From Zygnema circumcarinatum SAG 698-1b (lineage: Eukaryota > Plantae > Zygnematophyceae), in contig CM074821.1 in NCBI GenBank assembly GCA_037447605.1, positions 62,001 to 126,000 of the forward strand: a stretch of DNA of 64,000 nt. Direction: 5' to 3'. Of this stretch, positions 63,822 through 64,000 are shown one piece after another. The notes under the pieces are model-generated. The model was given only the letters and a program-made list of their open reading frames with translations. It was not told the DNA's origin and did no database searches. How positions within the stretch are numbered: the stretch's first letter is position 1; each line of letters begins with the position of its first letter. Position numbers and translations under genes: made by a program.

Positions 63822-64000
63822 AATGACATGCGTGTGTGTGCACGATGATCAGCTGCAGTCTTAATCGTAGAAAAGACACTTGAATGTGATGTGATGATCT
63901 TTGTATATAAATATGTTGCCAACGACCTGAAGCGATTTGGAAACGCATCGGTTTGTTTTGTGCTTCAACCAATCACGGCTCCAGTATGCATGCAGGCATG

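Overview
Eukaryotic nuclear DNA from the plant lineage; a streptophyte alga or early-diverging plant is inferred from plant-specific gene families, many short GT-AG introns and a GCAGCC-ATG-G start context. It is not prokaryotic, and I saw no CRISPR, rRNA or tRNA. It is a draft assembly with several N gaps. Nine protein genes are recognisable: ECM29 (-, runs off the left edge), glucosidase II beta subunit ending in HDEL (-), formamidase (-), LSM2 (-) divergent from an intronless DPH1 (+), a PAKRP2/kinesin-10-like kinesin (+), a conserved plant WD40-like protein (+), an intronless 3-ketoacyl-CoA synthase (-) and a large plant PHD-finger protein (+) with an apparent frameshift in an RE repeat. 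The most structured non-genic part is 27.7-33 kb, a nest of small mobile elements whose ends and target-site duplications (TSDs) can be read directly: an Ac/Ds-like hAT, a CRE-LINE 3' fragment, a solo LTR, three 9-bp-TSD MULE-like elements (one an almost perfect ~300-bp hairpin) and three copies of a MITE with AGG ends and 3-bp ANT TSDs. A decayed CRE-type non-LTR retrotransposon (C2H2 finger plus restriction-like endonuclease) lies at 45.0-46.5 kb. I found no clearly new multi-gene system. The best leads are the ANT-TSD MITE family and its direct-repeat-flanked cargo, the CRE element, the (TTAGGG)6 array in the LSM2/DPH1 promoter, the G-box cluster upstream of KCS and dense GTAC arrays. All alignments and counts were done by eye.
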